64,000 nucleotides of DNA from Yuukianura sp. NJ FZ-2021 (Eukaryota), in the NCBI GenBank assembly GCA_046563655.1, contig CM102290.1, forward strand, positions 4,216,001 through 4,280,000, given 5' to 3'. The first letter of the stretch is position 1. Every line of letters starts with the position of its first letter. Positions 13,701 to 25,876 of the stretch are shown one piece after another. Below the pieces are notes generated by a model. That model was not told the DNA's origin. It did not search any database and worked only from the letters and a program-made list of their open reading frames with translations. A program made the translations under genes and the position numbers.

Positions 13701-15169
13701 TTCGAGTTTGACGCGAAATCCAATAAGGTCACTAGGCCAAAAATTCAAAAGAAACAAAATCCTTGAATCGAAAACTAAAGACGCAGTGTCAGCGTCATGA
13801 AACAAAATCCAAAATTGGGCAATTTGACTCAGTGACGCATCCAATACTTTTTGTCAAAGTGAAGAAGAAGCACACGGAACTGTCTTTGTCGTGGTCGTGT
13901 CTCTGCGTTTTTTGTTTGTTTCTTGAATCTTTTTGAAAACGCCCGCCCCGCCCATGCAAATATTTTGCTCTTGCCGTTGAAAAAAAAACATCTTAGTACA
14001 GATTTTCCCAAGTTGAAATGAAAACTGGTCAGTTAAGGAATATCCCACGACCTGTCTGCTCTTTGTTACCTTATTTTATTCACTTGACAAGTGACATGAC
14101 ATGATGACAGAGGAAAGGGAAAATTTTGTGTGTAGGCGAAAAAGTAGCAATTTGTCGAAACTACCCAACGCTTGCCAAATTTCATCAATGTCGTGTTTCT
14201 TTTTAATCTTAGGAAAAGTTTAAGATAAAAAACAAGACGACGCATGACATTGATAATTAAAATAAAAAAACTTATAGGACCCTAATTAACAGAAACTGGA
14301 TGTAAACTGTAAGTACGGAAATTGAGGTAGAGCAGAATGATTCCGAGATTTGAAACTTGATACGTGTGTGAAATCATGATGAACAGAATGACTCATGAAT
14401 TGAAAAAAAAAACACAACAAAACCTGCAATGTTCTACTTTTCGCAATTGCTCTCATTGTCAAATAAAACATTGCAGAATCGAAGCAGGTCAAAATGTCAA
14501 AACGAAAAAAAAATCAAATATACTTGCACATGCACACAAACAAATACTAAAAATACCAACAAACTTATTTCAAAATATGTTCTTAACGTTACTATACACA
14601 ATTTAGAAAGAGTTCAACCACTAGAATCAAAGGCTGGGTAAAAATTTGCAACCTTTTTTACTTTTTTAAACAGCATTTTAACCGCACAGTTAGCAAGTTT
14701 ATAATTCACGGCACGAAAATAAAAAAAAAACGCTCAAGCTCAGTGAGAACAGTGATTTTTTGAATAAGTAGCTTAAATTTTTTTAAAGTTTTGAAGAAGC
14801 ACTACAAAACGAAAACAAAATAATTTGAGCCACAAGATGATTTTACAATTTGAAGTAAAAGTGGAATTGGAAATTACAGCGTTAATAAAATGCAATTGTA
14901 AATCCGGATGTCATTTCTGTTTGTTTTAATGGGATTGAAATTGGAAAGTCAAAACATGACTTAAAACCCACAAAGAAACTGGTCATCTTTACCAATTGTT
15001 TCAAAACTGACTTGTTTTCTTTACCCAGATAGCTTAAATGTGGTCGTTTTAGACAAAACTTTAGGAAATCATTGACAAAGACTCCGTGTACTAAATCATG
15101 ATTTTGAATCTCACGACAATCAAGCTGTTCTGAAACATCATTCATTTCCCAAGGTTCAGATGCCTTTTG

Positions 15170-15329
15170 GATCATTGTCCTCTCTATTTATGTCCTTTCC
15201 AACAATCGTTGTGGTTTTTTGCCCCTGCTACTCAAAGTGTCCTAAATCCCAACCTCTCTTTACCGTTGATTTACCTTGTCCTCTGCTTAACCACAATTAG
15301 TACTTAAACAATAAAAGAGGACAATGATC
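15170..15329. mobile_element. Small inverted-repeat element (MITE remnant)
   Basis: gatcattgtcctct at 15170 and its perfect reverse complement agaggacaatgatc ending at 15329, with several internal tgtcct motifs. No TSD found. Confidence 0.4.
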
Positions 15330-18300
15330 AGTTCAGTTCAAATGACCAAGTTATGCTACTCTTTTGAATTGAAAATTATACAACTTTTGGGAATTTTTTA
15401 AATCTAACGCAAAGTTTAGAAGCATTGGAGCTGAAACATTGACGTCAATGCGTTTCACCAAATCCTTAGCTGGTGAAAGCTTCCTGCTGTGCTACCGTAA
15501 AAATGAATAATTTCAAAAAGTAAAATAAAAACGACCTCCTGAAGGAATGTAAAGTCGTTTGTGTAATTACGAGGAAAAAGTCATTTGGTAGGTAATATTC
15601 GATTGTTTGTCTAATTGATGCCAGATATTCTTGGCCAAGTGAGGAACTATGAATAGGAACAGACAAACAACAATGACAAACAGAGATGAATTCAAAATGA
15701 AAGTCACGTAGGTGTATATATTTGAACAAATTTGAAAAGTTCCGCCTCACCAGTTTTACTTTACCATCCACATCTTGCAACACTTTGTTCATGTCAAATT
15801 CAGTGTCAACTGCTGTCTAAGAATGACTGTAGTTTTTAACTCACCTCAAATTGAACGTAATTTTCCACGGTGCTCTGTAGAGATTGAAAATCAAAAAACC
15901 GAAGTCTCGTTTCAAAAGTTTTTTTTCAAAAGTAGTGAGAACTACAATTCGTCAAGGGAAGCTGTTCAAAACAAAAGTGTTTGAAAAATGTGGACGCCAA
16001 CCAGCGTAGTTCAAACTCCACTAACTAGTCTCACTTGAAAAATAAATTGAAATCTATACGTCAAAGCCTCCCAATTGGAAGTGACAGAAGAATGGTTTGG
16101 AGGGTTGAATTGTTTAAAAGACTGTCGAAGATGTTTCACTTCACTTTGGAACAACTTCCGAAATGATTTGCAGAAAATTTGCAACTTTGGGTGCCGTGCA
16201 AGCAGAAATTTCCTTTCCATGTGTGCTGCGTTTTGGAGAAGTTGTCGATCGACAGATCAATAACTTTGATTGACATTGAAGTTTCTTTATGTGTAATGTC
16301 AAACAGACTACTCTCTGAACAGTTCTACTTCAGAAGTGACTCAAACCAAAAAGAACTGACGACTTACCACCTATATATTGAAGTAGTGACCACTTTGGTG
16401 TAGGCGACCAAGACAAAACTTTAGTCCAAGTAGTTTAGGTTAGAAGCCTTTAGCACACAAATGCACAAGTCACAGTTGCACAAAACACAAATTGAATAGT
16501 CTGTGAACAGAACACCTTCTTCTGGTAAGGCCACCATCAAATAGTCAGTTCAGCTGCTGCTGCTGCTCCTGAATAATACATCACAAATTGCAAATGGACT
16601 TTGCGAAAACTTTTGCAAACGGTGGCAAAGCTTACCTCTCCACCTTACTTTGTACGCTTCGTTTTTCCTGTCGAAGCTAGTTGCAAAGGTTAGGTTGAAT
16701 GGCAGTAGACACCTTATTTTCCATGTTAAATTCAAGTGCCAAAACTTCCAAACGCATTTTTCTCAGAAATTTTCGTCGTCGTCATTTGTAGTACAAAAGA
16801 AACGACGAATGTGTGGATGAGTCACTTTGTATAAGTCAAAGTGGACTCTTGAATATTTCACACCTTACCAACTACAGATCGCCCACACTCCATGATAAAA
16901 GCCCACAATTCTAACATTTTCAAAAAAAAGAAAGATTAGTAAGCTGCTTTGACCAATTTTGAAACAAAATCAAAGCTTAATTCAATTTAACGGAGTCTGA
17001 CAGCCGTAAATCTTTGCAATAAAAATTAACGGGAACGTGCCCTTTTCTAATCAGAACACACTTTAAGCTCATTCAAATTAAGAATCCACACCCGCGGAAC
17101 AGGTTTACGCATTTTGTAAACGCGCGAGCCATGCAGCGCGTTGTATTACGGAATTGCGTTAATCTGAAACGTAGTGCACATATTCTGTTCCGTATAAAGG
17201 AAATTGTTTCGAGGCGTTTCCAATTACAGAAGATGAGAGATACAGCACTTTTGTTTTCTGTTTGTCCATGACTCATACTACGTTTGAATTTTGGCAATGT
17301 TTGAAGAGGCTGCAAAAAGTGTGAGTAGGAATTTACTACAAAAAATTACATTCGTAATTATTTCATTTTTTGTTGCTGGATCTTGGTGAATGTCCAAAGC
17401 AGTACAAATGAGGTCGACATGTGGGAGCGTTTATTACCTTTGACCCGCCTGCAATTGGCGACTGGGTGCTAAGAATGGATGATCCAGCCCCACAATTAGA
17501 TTTAAACGCTTCCGCTGGATCAAAAGTCTTTTTAAAGCTATCTTCTCATAACATCATGAGGAATACCTAGCTGCATCAATTATAAACGGGTGGTTTGGTA
17601 CGGGAACAAAGCTGAGTCAAAATGTTGACCTTCACGCTGACATAAGTTCATGCTCAACAAAAGAATTAAAATGGAAGATTGGAATCATTTTAAGAAAGAG
17701 GAAACTTCCCATTGAGCCAAAAACTTTTTACAAGGTTACAACAATTGTGGAGAGGAAAGTTGAAGAAGAAGAAAAGCTCCGAAATGGCTAAACCCATTTC
17801 AACCAACATTATTTTCTAATTTAACTTTTTATTTGACCTTTTGACGTTTAGAAAATTGTATATTCTATAGACGCGAAAAAAATTGAAGTAGACAATATTC
17901 TTTCGTGGTTATTGGTTTGAGCAACCACTAAATTTTTTAAATTTTTGAATGTCAATGTGAAATCTTTGTTACATTTGTCAGATTTCTCGATAACATTCGG
18001 TTAAGACTGGTTTGAAACGTAAAAAAAAAGCTTTCTTAGTTTTAAAATAGTTTTAAACCGATTTTTACAAAATCAAAAGTTCAGAAGTCAACGTATACGA
18101 TTATTGAGTTGATAAATCTTCCAATTGAGTTTAAGCGACCTGACCTTGTATACTGTGATTAGTATTCTACATTTTTTGGAATCTAGCTCTGGAACTAATG
18201 TTGTCGAATCCTTATTTTTGGGCTATCTATGGTGAATCAGTCAAGCTTATGGAAAAAACGCCTTGAAATTAAAGCTATAGCGTTTGTGGACCTTATGGTG

Positions 18301-18669
18301 ATAGAAACGGCAAGAGTAAAAAAAAATCAAAATTATGAATCCATAAACCTTTTGATACGTTATGAGATTACATTCAGTTTCCAGTTTTTTGATAATAAGA
18401 AATCCCAATCAATTGTTCAATGTCAATTGGATTTGACCTTCACTTCCTTTTAATAACCTAAGAAAAAGAAGCGAGGGCTTGGTTGGTGAAGCCGCTTTGA
18501 CAGAATGAAATATTTTTCTGGACAAAATAGCCCTACCATTAACAGGGCAGGCGTGAACTATTTCAGTGATTGTTGCTAAGCACTGATTTTGTACACAACG
18601 TTGGGTCAACAATGCCTGGCGCAGTTTCTTCAACAAATGGAAGAACTAAACCTGTCATTACTGTCAACA

Positions 18670-20622
18670 ATGGGAGACTACACGTGAGTTTTTTATCATA
18701 ATGTAAGTGGAATGAACCAGTTTTGAAAATTTGACACGTTGGTGTTTGTTCGGAGAGGGCAGGTCAAGATGTCAAGTTCACACCGTGCAGCAGAAGATGC
18801 TTCCAGGAGTATCAGTCGGGTTTTGGCCTATTGCAAACAGCGCATTGTTTTTCCATACTTGCGACTACTGGGGGTCATGGGCCTCAAGCCCTTCATCATC
18901 AACACAACGTCAGACAAGTGCAGATTGGCAGTAGTTTTGAACAAACTGTACATTCTTCTGGTTATTCTCGTTCTTTTTGTGGGTTACGCTCTCCAGTACT
19001 TGACATGTTTTAGGTAAGCCCAACGCAAATAACAATTGTCAATACTCTGAAAGATTTGTGAATCAAATTCATAGCGTCTCTAAAAAAAAAGCTTGTTATG
19101 AAAATGAATTCCAGGAGAGATCGCGGATTTGCGTTTGAAAATGACGCCAATTTTCAATGGTTCTACAATGACTCGACACCGTCTCTGGATCTGGCCCAAA
19201 GTTGTCCAGGAAATTCTGTGTATGTCCATATACTGCCAAGCATCCTGCATCAATGTTCATTTCTATACATGGTCTTTCTGTACCGTCTGCACGACGACGA
19301 ACAGCTACCGAATCTTATTGAACGGGTATGACTTCCAAAATAAAAGTTTGTAATTGCTAATTTGCAGAAATTTTGAAATTGGAAATTGCTTCATATAGGT
19401 ATTCCTTCAAGCGTCACATAGTCACACCAATTACTTTGCCCAAAAGAGACCAATTCGAACGTTTCAACTGTTGGTGCTTTTGAGCATCACTTGGATTGTT
19501 TTGTCCTCCGCTTGTCAACTGGTTCAACTAACTACACATCATTGCACTGTTGCTTATTTCCCAACCATATCGTAATTTATTTTTAAATTATGAATTAATC
19601 AAAAGATCTAATAATTAAGCCCAAGACAATTGATTTGATGCCTAGGGGTGATTTGAAGCACGCGATGGTTGTGGTGATGGCCATTTCCAATTCCTGGCAA
19701 GACATCATCCAAGTGACGGTGGTCATCAGTTACTGCGTCCACTGCTACCTTCTGACTGCGTATCTCAATTTGATTCATGTCAGAGTTCAAGAACATTCAA
19801 TCACTTTGTGTGAGGCTGTGAAGGTACGAAGCTACTCGTTAATTAGACTTACTAATTCCTTTAGCAAATAACCAGTCAAATGGTTCAAGGCTACAATTAC
19901 TAAATTCAGCCTTGAGGCTTGGCGACACGTTTCGTGATTTAGGTTTCGAAGGATAAATGGCTCGATGTTAAAGTTTAGCTTCAGTTTTAGAAGCCGAAGC
20001 GCGCTTTGTTTCAAAATGAGGAAATTGTTTTTCAAAGGATCTGATTTGAAATTTTAAGGAAATTGGAGAACTGGGTAAACTTTTGAAATATTTGAACAAG
20101 GAATTGGCTCCTGGACTTGGCCCACTGCTGCTCCTAGACACTTCCTTAACAATTTCAGGATTCGTGTTCCTCTTCAATGGTGGCCACCCTCTGCAACTGA
20201 ACATGCATACATGGGATTATGTCACCGTACTTGTCACTGCACTTCTCTGGCTTGGGCTTGCGCTGTTCCCCGTTGTTCAAGTAAGTGCAGGCGCAGTACT
20301 ACTGCAGCAACACACTTTGTATCGCATTATGTTCAGTATCCTCTGATTGCCGAAATATTTTATTTATACTTTCAAATGTCAACAGATTGCAAAACTAACT
20401 ACGTCTTGCCGCCAAATCCGCGAAATCGGCCATTTTGTGCGTCTCCGCCCATTCGGCTACCAAGATACTCCGCAAGAAGATTTGGATTCATTTCTTCTCT
20501 ATGTATCAACACTCCGCATGGAAGTTCATATTCTAAGAATACCAATTTCCACACAGATCATATCCCTTGTTATTCTATTTTTCTTGTTAGTAGTTTCCAT
20601 TTGGGGGCTAATTACAAATTGA
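18670..20622 (+). CDS. Multi-pass 7TM gustatory-receptor-like (7TMIC superfamily) protein, resembling the conserved GrlHz/CG3831 type; ~430 aa
   Basis: Phase-compatible exons: 18670-18683, 18756-19013, 19115-19325, 19399-19571, 19646-19823, 20059-20280, 20386-20622 (alternative start ATG 18769). It has about 7 hydrophobic segments and the motifs CKQRIVFPYLRLLGVMGLKP, TCFRRDRG and RLRPFGYQDTPQEDLDSFLLY, which I recall from the conserved invertebrate CG3831-like family. The family name is from memory, not a search. Confidence 0.72.
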
Positions 20623-21108
20623 CAGCTCAAATTACTTTTGTAGAGAAGAAATTAAACGCTTGAATAACGTGCCTACTTATGACCGGTTAAGGTTACTGTG
20701 TATTTGAATACAATGGTCAGTGTGCGATTACTAGTTAGTGAAGCTCTTGAGATCGACTTAATTGCTGTTTTCAAAATAAATCTAGGTTACTCTAATAGCA
20801 ATTAAATTGTATTATTGATCATGTAATAGTTATTTAATTGAAAAAGAACGCGTAACGTTATTGTATCGTAAGTTTTACCACACGTCTCATCATTGGTCGC
20901 ACGATGGCGCTTGTAAATTATTTCAATTGAACAGAAATTAATGTAAACAAATAAAATTACATAAAGTCTCAGTCATACCTAAAATGCAACTTACTTAAAT
21001 GTGAACTTAATTAGTATTTCAAAAGTTCAATTACTTCAATTTAGTTACTTTAATTGCATTCTTGATTTATTTGTTGTACGTTATTATTTTAGGTGTACCG
21101 ACGCGAAG

Positions 21109-24100
21109 ATGATGAACCCACCGGAACTCCCACCTTCTTGGTACTGCGATTTCAAAGTACCAGGAAATATGTTGGTAACGTTTCAGCCCCTTATACACTT
21201 AATTGGACTCGACACTCACGACAACCAAACTCACCGTAACTTCTGGCATGTGCTCAATATGAAAACTGCAGGAAAGGACTTCCAGCCGAAATACGTCAAC
21301 GTTTTGCTTGAGCATAAATTTCGGGAAAAGAAGAGCAAGGTATAGGATGTCGATGTAGTAGGGAATTCGAATTGACATTTACACTTGGTTTTAAGTCTAG
21401 TAATTAATCGACGCGTTTTGTATTACAGTTACCCGAAAGTATGGAGTACTACATTCCTAGAGGAATTCTCAAAAGCAACTGGATACATAAACACACGGAG
21501 GAAATACCATCGGCAGTAGTCATTTTCTTCGATATGGACTGGAGCGATCCACAGTGGAACGAACGGAAAAGTGAACTGGCTAGACAAATCAGGCTTGTCA
21601 AGTAAACTATTTTTTGTTTGCAAAATACCGAAATTAATTAAACTACATTTCGATCAACTTTCATATCTTTGTATCTTTCAGAGCAAATTTGGCAGCCCAT
21701 GGAACTCAGATCTTAGTAATGTTACTAAAACCAGTTGGTAGTTTAGAAGACAATTTCACCACTGATCGGGCTTCGGCATTTTGTGCAGCCGCCGAAATCC
21801 CTCCAAAATGCCTCTTCGTTCTAGCACATACCAATTTGGAACGAATACAAGCATGCGTGCAAAGGTACACATCAATTAATTCCATATCATCGTTAATCGA
21901 GAGGAAATTCGTTTCATGAAAAGTTACACATTGGATTTTAGGCTCGAAATTGGAATGAAGGATATTTCGAAGGCATACTACTCGGCAAGAATCAAGAAGG
22001 TCAAAAACCTGAAAGATAGGGTTACCGTGACCCCGCTCATTGTAAGATACAACTTCAAGATGGGCTTCTTTCAAGAAGTTCGGAAGGATGTCGCCGCTTC
22101 AATGAGGTCAAGGCTCGGAGAAAATAGCAAGATAAGGTGTACGTTTAGGCTTTAATTGTCTGGTTTTTGTTTTTAGCCAATACCAGAGTGCCTTCGAAGC
22201 GTTATTAACTATCAAGGCTACTGATGCAAATGTACAAGAACTGAAAATGGTTGCCGCAGTTTTGACTTATCGAATTTGCCGCATTCATCTCGCTAAAGGA
22301 GAAGGGAAGGAGGCTAAAGTGCAATTTGAGAAGCACATTCGCTCATTTTTGAAAATTGAAGGAAACAAGGACCTGACGTTTGAACATTTTGCTTGGTTGT
22401 CGCAGCAGTACGTTCAATTCACTATCAACTATATTTATATCTGTTCAAGCATTACTCCGCTAATATTAGTATCATGTAGGTACTATCAGTTTGGTGACTT
22501 ACTGAAACAATATTACCGCATTGGCACGACCAACATTCCGGACCCAATTTCATACTTCATATCAGCCGGGAAGTTCATAGAGAAGCGACGAGATGTTTTC
22601 AATCAGCGAATCAAATCTGCAGTAAGTGCGTATATGCCTCATCAATTCAAACTTGACAAAGGATTGCTAAACACTGAAGTCGTACTCCTATGAACTTTTA
22701 GGGTAAACCGACTTGGCCATGCGAAATGAATCCTTACAACGGTTCTGTTCCAGTGAAACTGCATTGCATTGGACAAAGACCTTGGTGGAATAACCCGTTT
22801 AGTCAAGACTATTTGTATGCTATCGAGGATTCCAATACGATATCAGCGTTGAGTTATTTCGAATCTCTCTGTAAACATTCGGTATGACAATAGATCGTAT
22901 ATCTTTGGAGTACAAAAACTGATTCTTTTTTGGTTATGCTGGCTCCAGGACTCTATCATCTCACACTGGGGAATTGCATCGGAAGTTTGTCGAGAAAATC
23001 AGCGAGTGCGTACTCGTTGCCAATTGAGTAAGTATAAATAAAATGGTTTTAGCTTAGTTTATACCAACGGTATTTCTTAAAACGTGACCTTTTAAAACTC
23101 TTTTTCAGTGAGTATGATGGGAGCTGAGTTTGTAAAGGCCCAGGAGTATAGCAAATGTATTATGCTCATGACACATGTTCTCCGAGAATTCGGACAAGAG
23201 AATTGGGGAAACATAATTGCCGATGTCGCAAAGTGTGGACTCAGTGCTGCTTTTGCTGCTGCTGACATTCCGTCATACTGCAATTTTCTTGTCGTTCTTC
23301 TCAAACGGGATATTCGGCATCTAATTTCCGAAGAAAGTCAAACCCTACTCTGGTCAAATCTTACTGCCATTCTCAACGGAGAGGTCCCTGTTCCCTTTGG
23401 AAATGTTGACTCCAATACGCAGGCCTGGAGGACTGCCATTTTAACTCCAGAATGGACATCATATGTGGAAATACACAACCAGGCTGTTCTAAGTTGCCAA
23501 GTTTGTTTCGTAGAGGAGACGGCTACTTTGAAGGACAGTCCCAAAATACGTTTTGTTCTCACGTAAGCTACTGGGACTCCATCATAAATAATGCTGAGTA
23601 ATTTCGATAACATTGTGACTACGCTTTTACTGCTAATTTTAGGAATGAAAGTGGGTTCGAACTAACACTACGAAAGTATGGCGTGCGTACGAATCCTGTG
23701 GACTATAACTGTGAGCAAAGCGTTGACTTTACAATTCTTCCTACGGAAACAAGAGAATTGGAACTGAGTTTCAAACCGCTAATGCGTGATATATCTAAGC
23801 AAATTCAGGTTAGCTTCATAATTTTCTAATCGACCTTGTAAGCCATAATTTAGATTATTGTCCGACTTTTTTTGTGACAAAAATTGCTTTTTTCAGCTTC
23901 AAGTAGCATTCGTGGATATCGGAAAGGAAAACAAATCCGTGTTACTGCACTTTGCGCCATCAACGGGATCGAACATCTACCTCTGGTAACGTTCGTTTTG
24001 TTATTAGGAATTAAACTAATATTTATGCATAACATGAGTAGTACAGAAAGACATTGATACTCTGGATAATGTACAGGAGTAGTGAACCTGCGAAAGCGAA

Positions 24101-25660
24101 GAATCGTTTGAGCTCGATCATTCGAATTGACCAACCACGGCCCCTCGTTGTTGTTAACGCTGAATGCTTGGAGCCTGTTCTTGTAGATGAATGGTACAAG
24201 GTAGTGGCTACGGTACACAACACTGACGTAGAGGACTATCACAAAATTTCCATAGTTTGTCAACTTCAAACTTTGGAAACAACGAGTAAGTCCAACTTTG
24301 TATTTGCGCTTGGCTATTTTTGGTTGCACTTTTCATTGCAATGCGATTCGTTACAGATTCATTTCTAAGTCTTCAACCCAATCCTGAAGTTTTACCTACA
24401 ACATTACTTCATGTCACCGAAATTCCAACCCTGGAGGCTGGTATGTCCAGCGACATGACGCTTTATGTGAAGACGTCTGTGTTCCAGGCACCAGCTGATT
24501 TTAAGCTGAATCTAAAGGTATTTTGTATTACTACCAATAAGATTTTTTAAATAGATTGTTTAAAAAACGATTTATTTCAGATAAAATACTTGGACCAGTT
24601 TGGCCAGATACTCGTTGCAGAACACGTCGTTGAATTCAACGTAGTTAGACCTTTTGAAATTGTTCAAAACATCATGGATCTTCACTGTGTGGACTTGGAA
24701 TCTGTGGCTATCAAAGAGGACTTCTTGCTCAAGTCTGTTATCACGAACACTTCAAATAGAACGTTATGTCTTAGAAGTTGCTGTACCAAGATTAATGTAA
24801 GTATCATATTTTTCGTGCACGTTTTTTTTAAACAATCAATGTAATCATGATCATTCACCACTTACCAGTATCCATTCGTCGAGGTAAAGAACGACTCCAA
24901 GCAAGTGACAATCTCTGATGTAACTTTGCTCCCGAATGAAGAGGTAAGCTGCGTCAGCGTGCTTATGGCAATGGAAGTTGGAACGAATTCTGCGGGGCAC
25001 CTTGAGCTTACTTGGATTCGGTAATTATTTTGTAATAAATTAAATCACACATTTCAAAGAACAAAAATCAAGTTGATTGTTTCGTTTTAAACAGGGAAAC
25101 CGAAGATGGAAGCAATGCACTAAACGTGTCCCAAATCCCATGTGTCTCCATTCCATCGATAAATGACAATACGTTGTACCTCAAAGCACTGTTCTCTAAC
25201 GAAGGTCAAGGAAAAGTGAAGCATCCTATGTTAGGAAAGTACACAGTCTTCAACCGGAGTAATATGGTGTTTGACATTACTATTTTAATGGAGACATCCG
25301 AGTCTTTCATGAACGCGGGACCTAAGCGGGTACTTAACTTCTATTCTGCTCAAATTCTCAAACTTATTTATTAATTTTGACGCTCATCTCTTTCTATTTC
25401 GGCATAGCTTTCAGTCAAGTTATACGGAAATGATGCCTACAGCTTTGAGTACATTCTGTTTCCACTGACGACAGGACAAGTTGATGTTCCTAAATTGTGT
25501 TTCTTTACACCGCCGAATGGCACAACGATACTCGAGCCAATTGAACTGCCTTTTCGTCAAAATTCTCCCAAAACTCTTTATATTATGGTAAGGAAACCCG
25601 GAAATAATAATTGCATGAATATAATTTCTAATGCTATTGTATTTTCTATCGTAGCCTTAA
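21109..25660 (+). CDS. TRAPPC11: Trafficking protein particle complex subunit 11 (gryzun/foie gras), multi-exon
   Basis: Short GT-AG introns join exons encoding LIHLIGLDTHDNQTHRNFW, EYYIPRGILKSNWIHKHTEEIPSAVVIFFDMDWSDPQWNERK, LIVRYNFKMGFFQE, FEHFAWLSQQYYQFGDL, GQRPW, MGAEFVKAQEYSK and SESFMNAGPKR. A terminal micro-exon at 25655-25660 gives ...LYIMP*. AATAAA at 25801. Confidence 0.9.
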
Positions 25661-25876
25661 CACTACCGGTAAAGTTAAGATTGTACAATTCAAGGCGCCT
25701 TGGAAAATGGGGTATCATGGAGCAGAAACTGCACCAGAAACATTGTCATCTACTGCACACTGTGATGCCTGAGTGATTTATCTATAGTTGCCGGTCTTCA
25801 AATAAAATTATTTACCGTATCCTAGATTTAGCTCATGTTTTGCGTTTTTTTCTTAGCAGAGATATTTGGTTAATAT

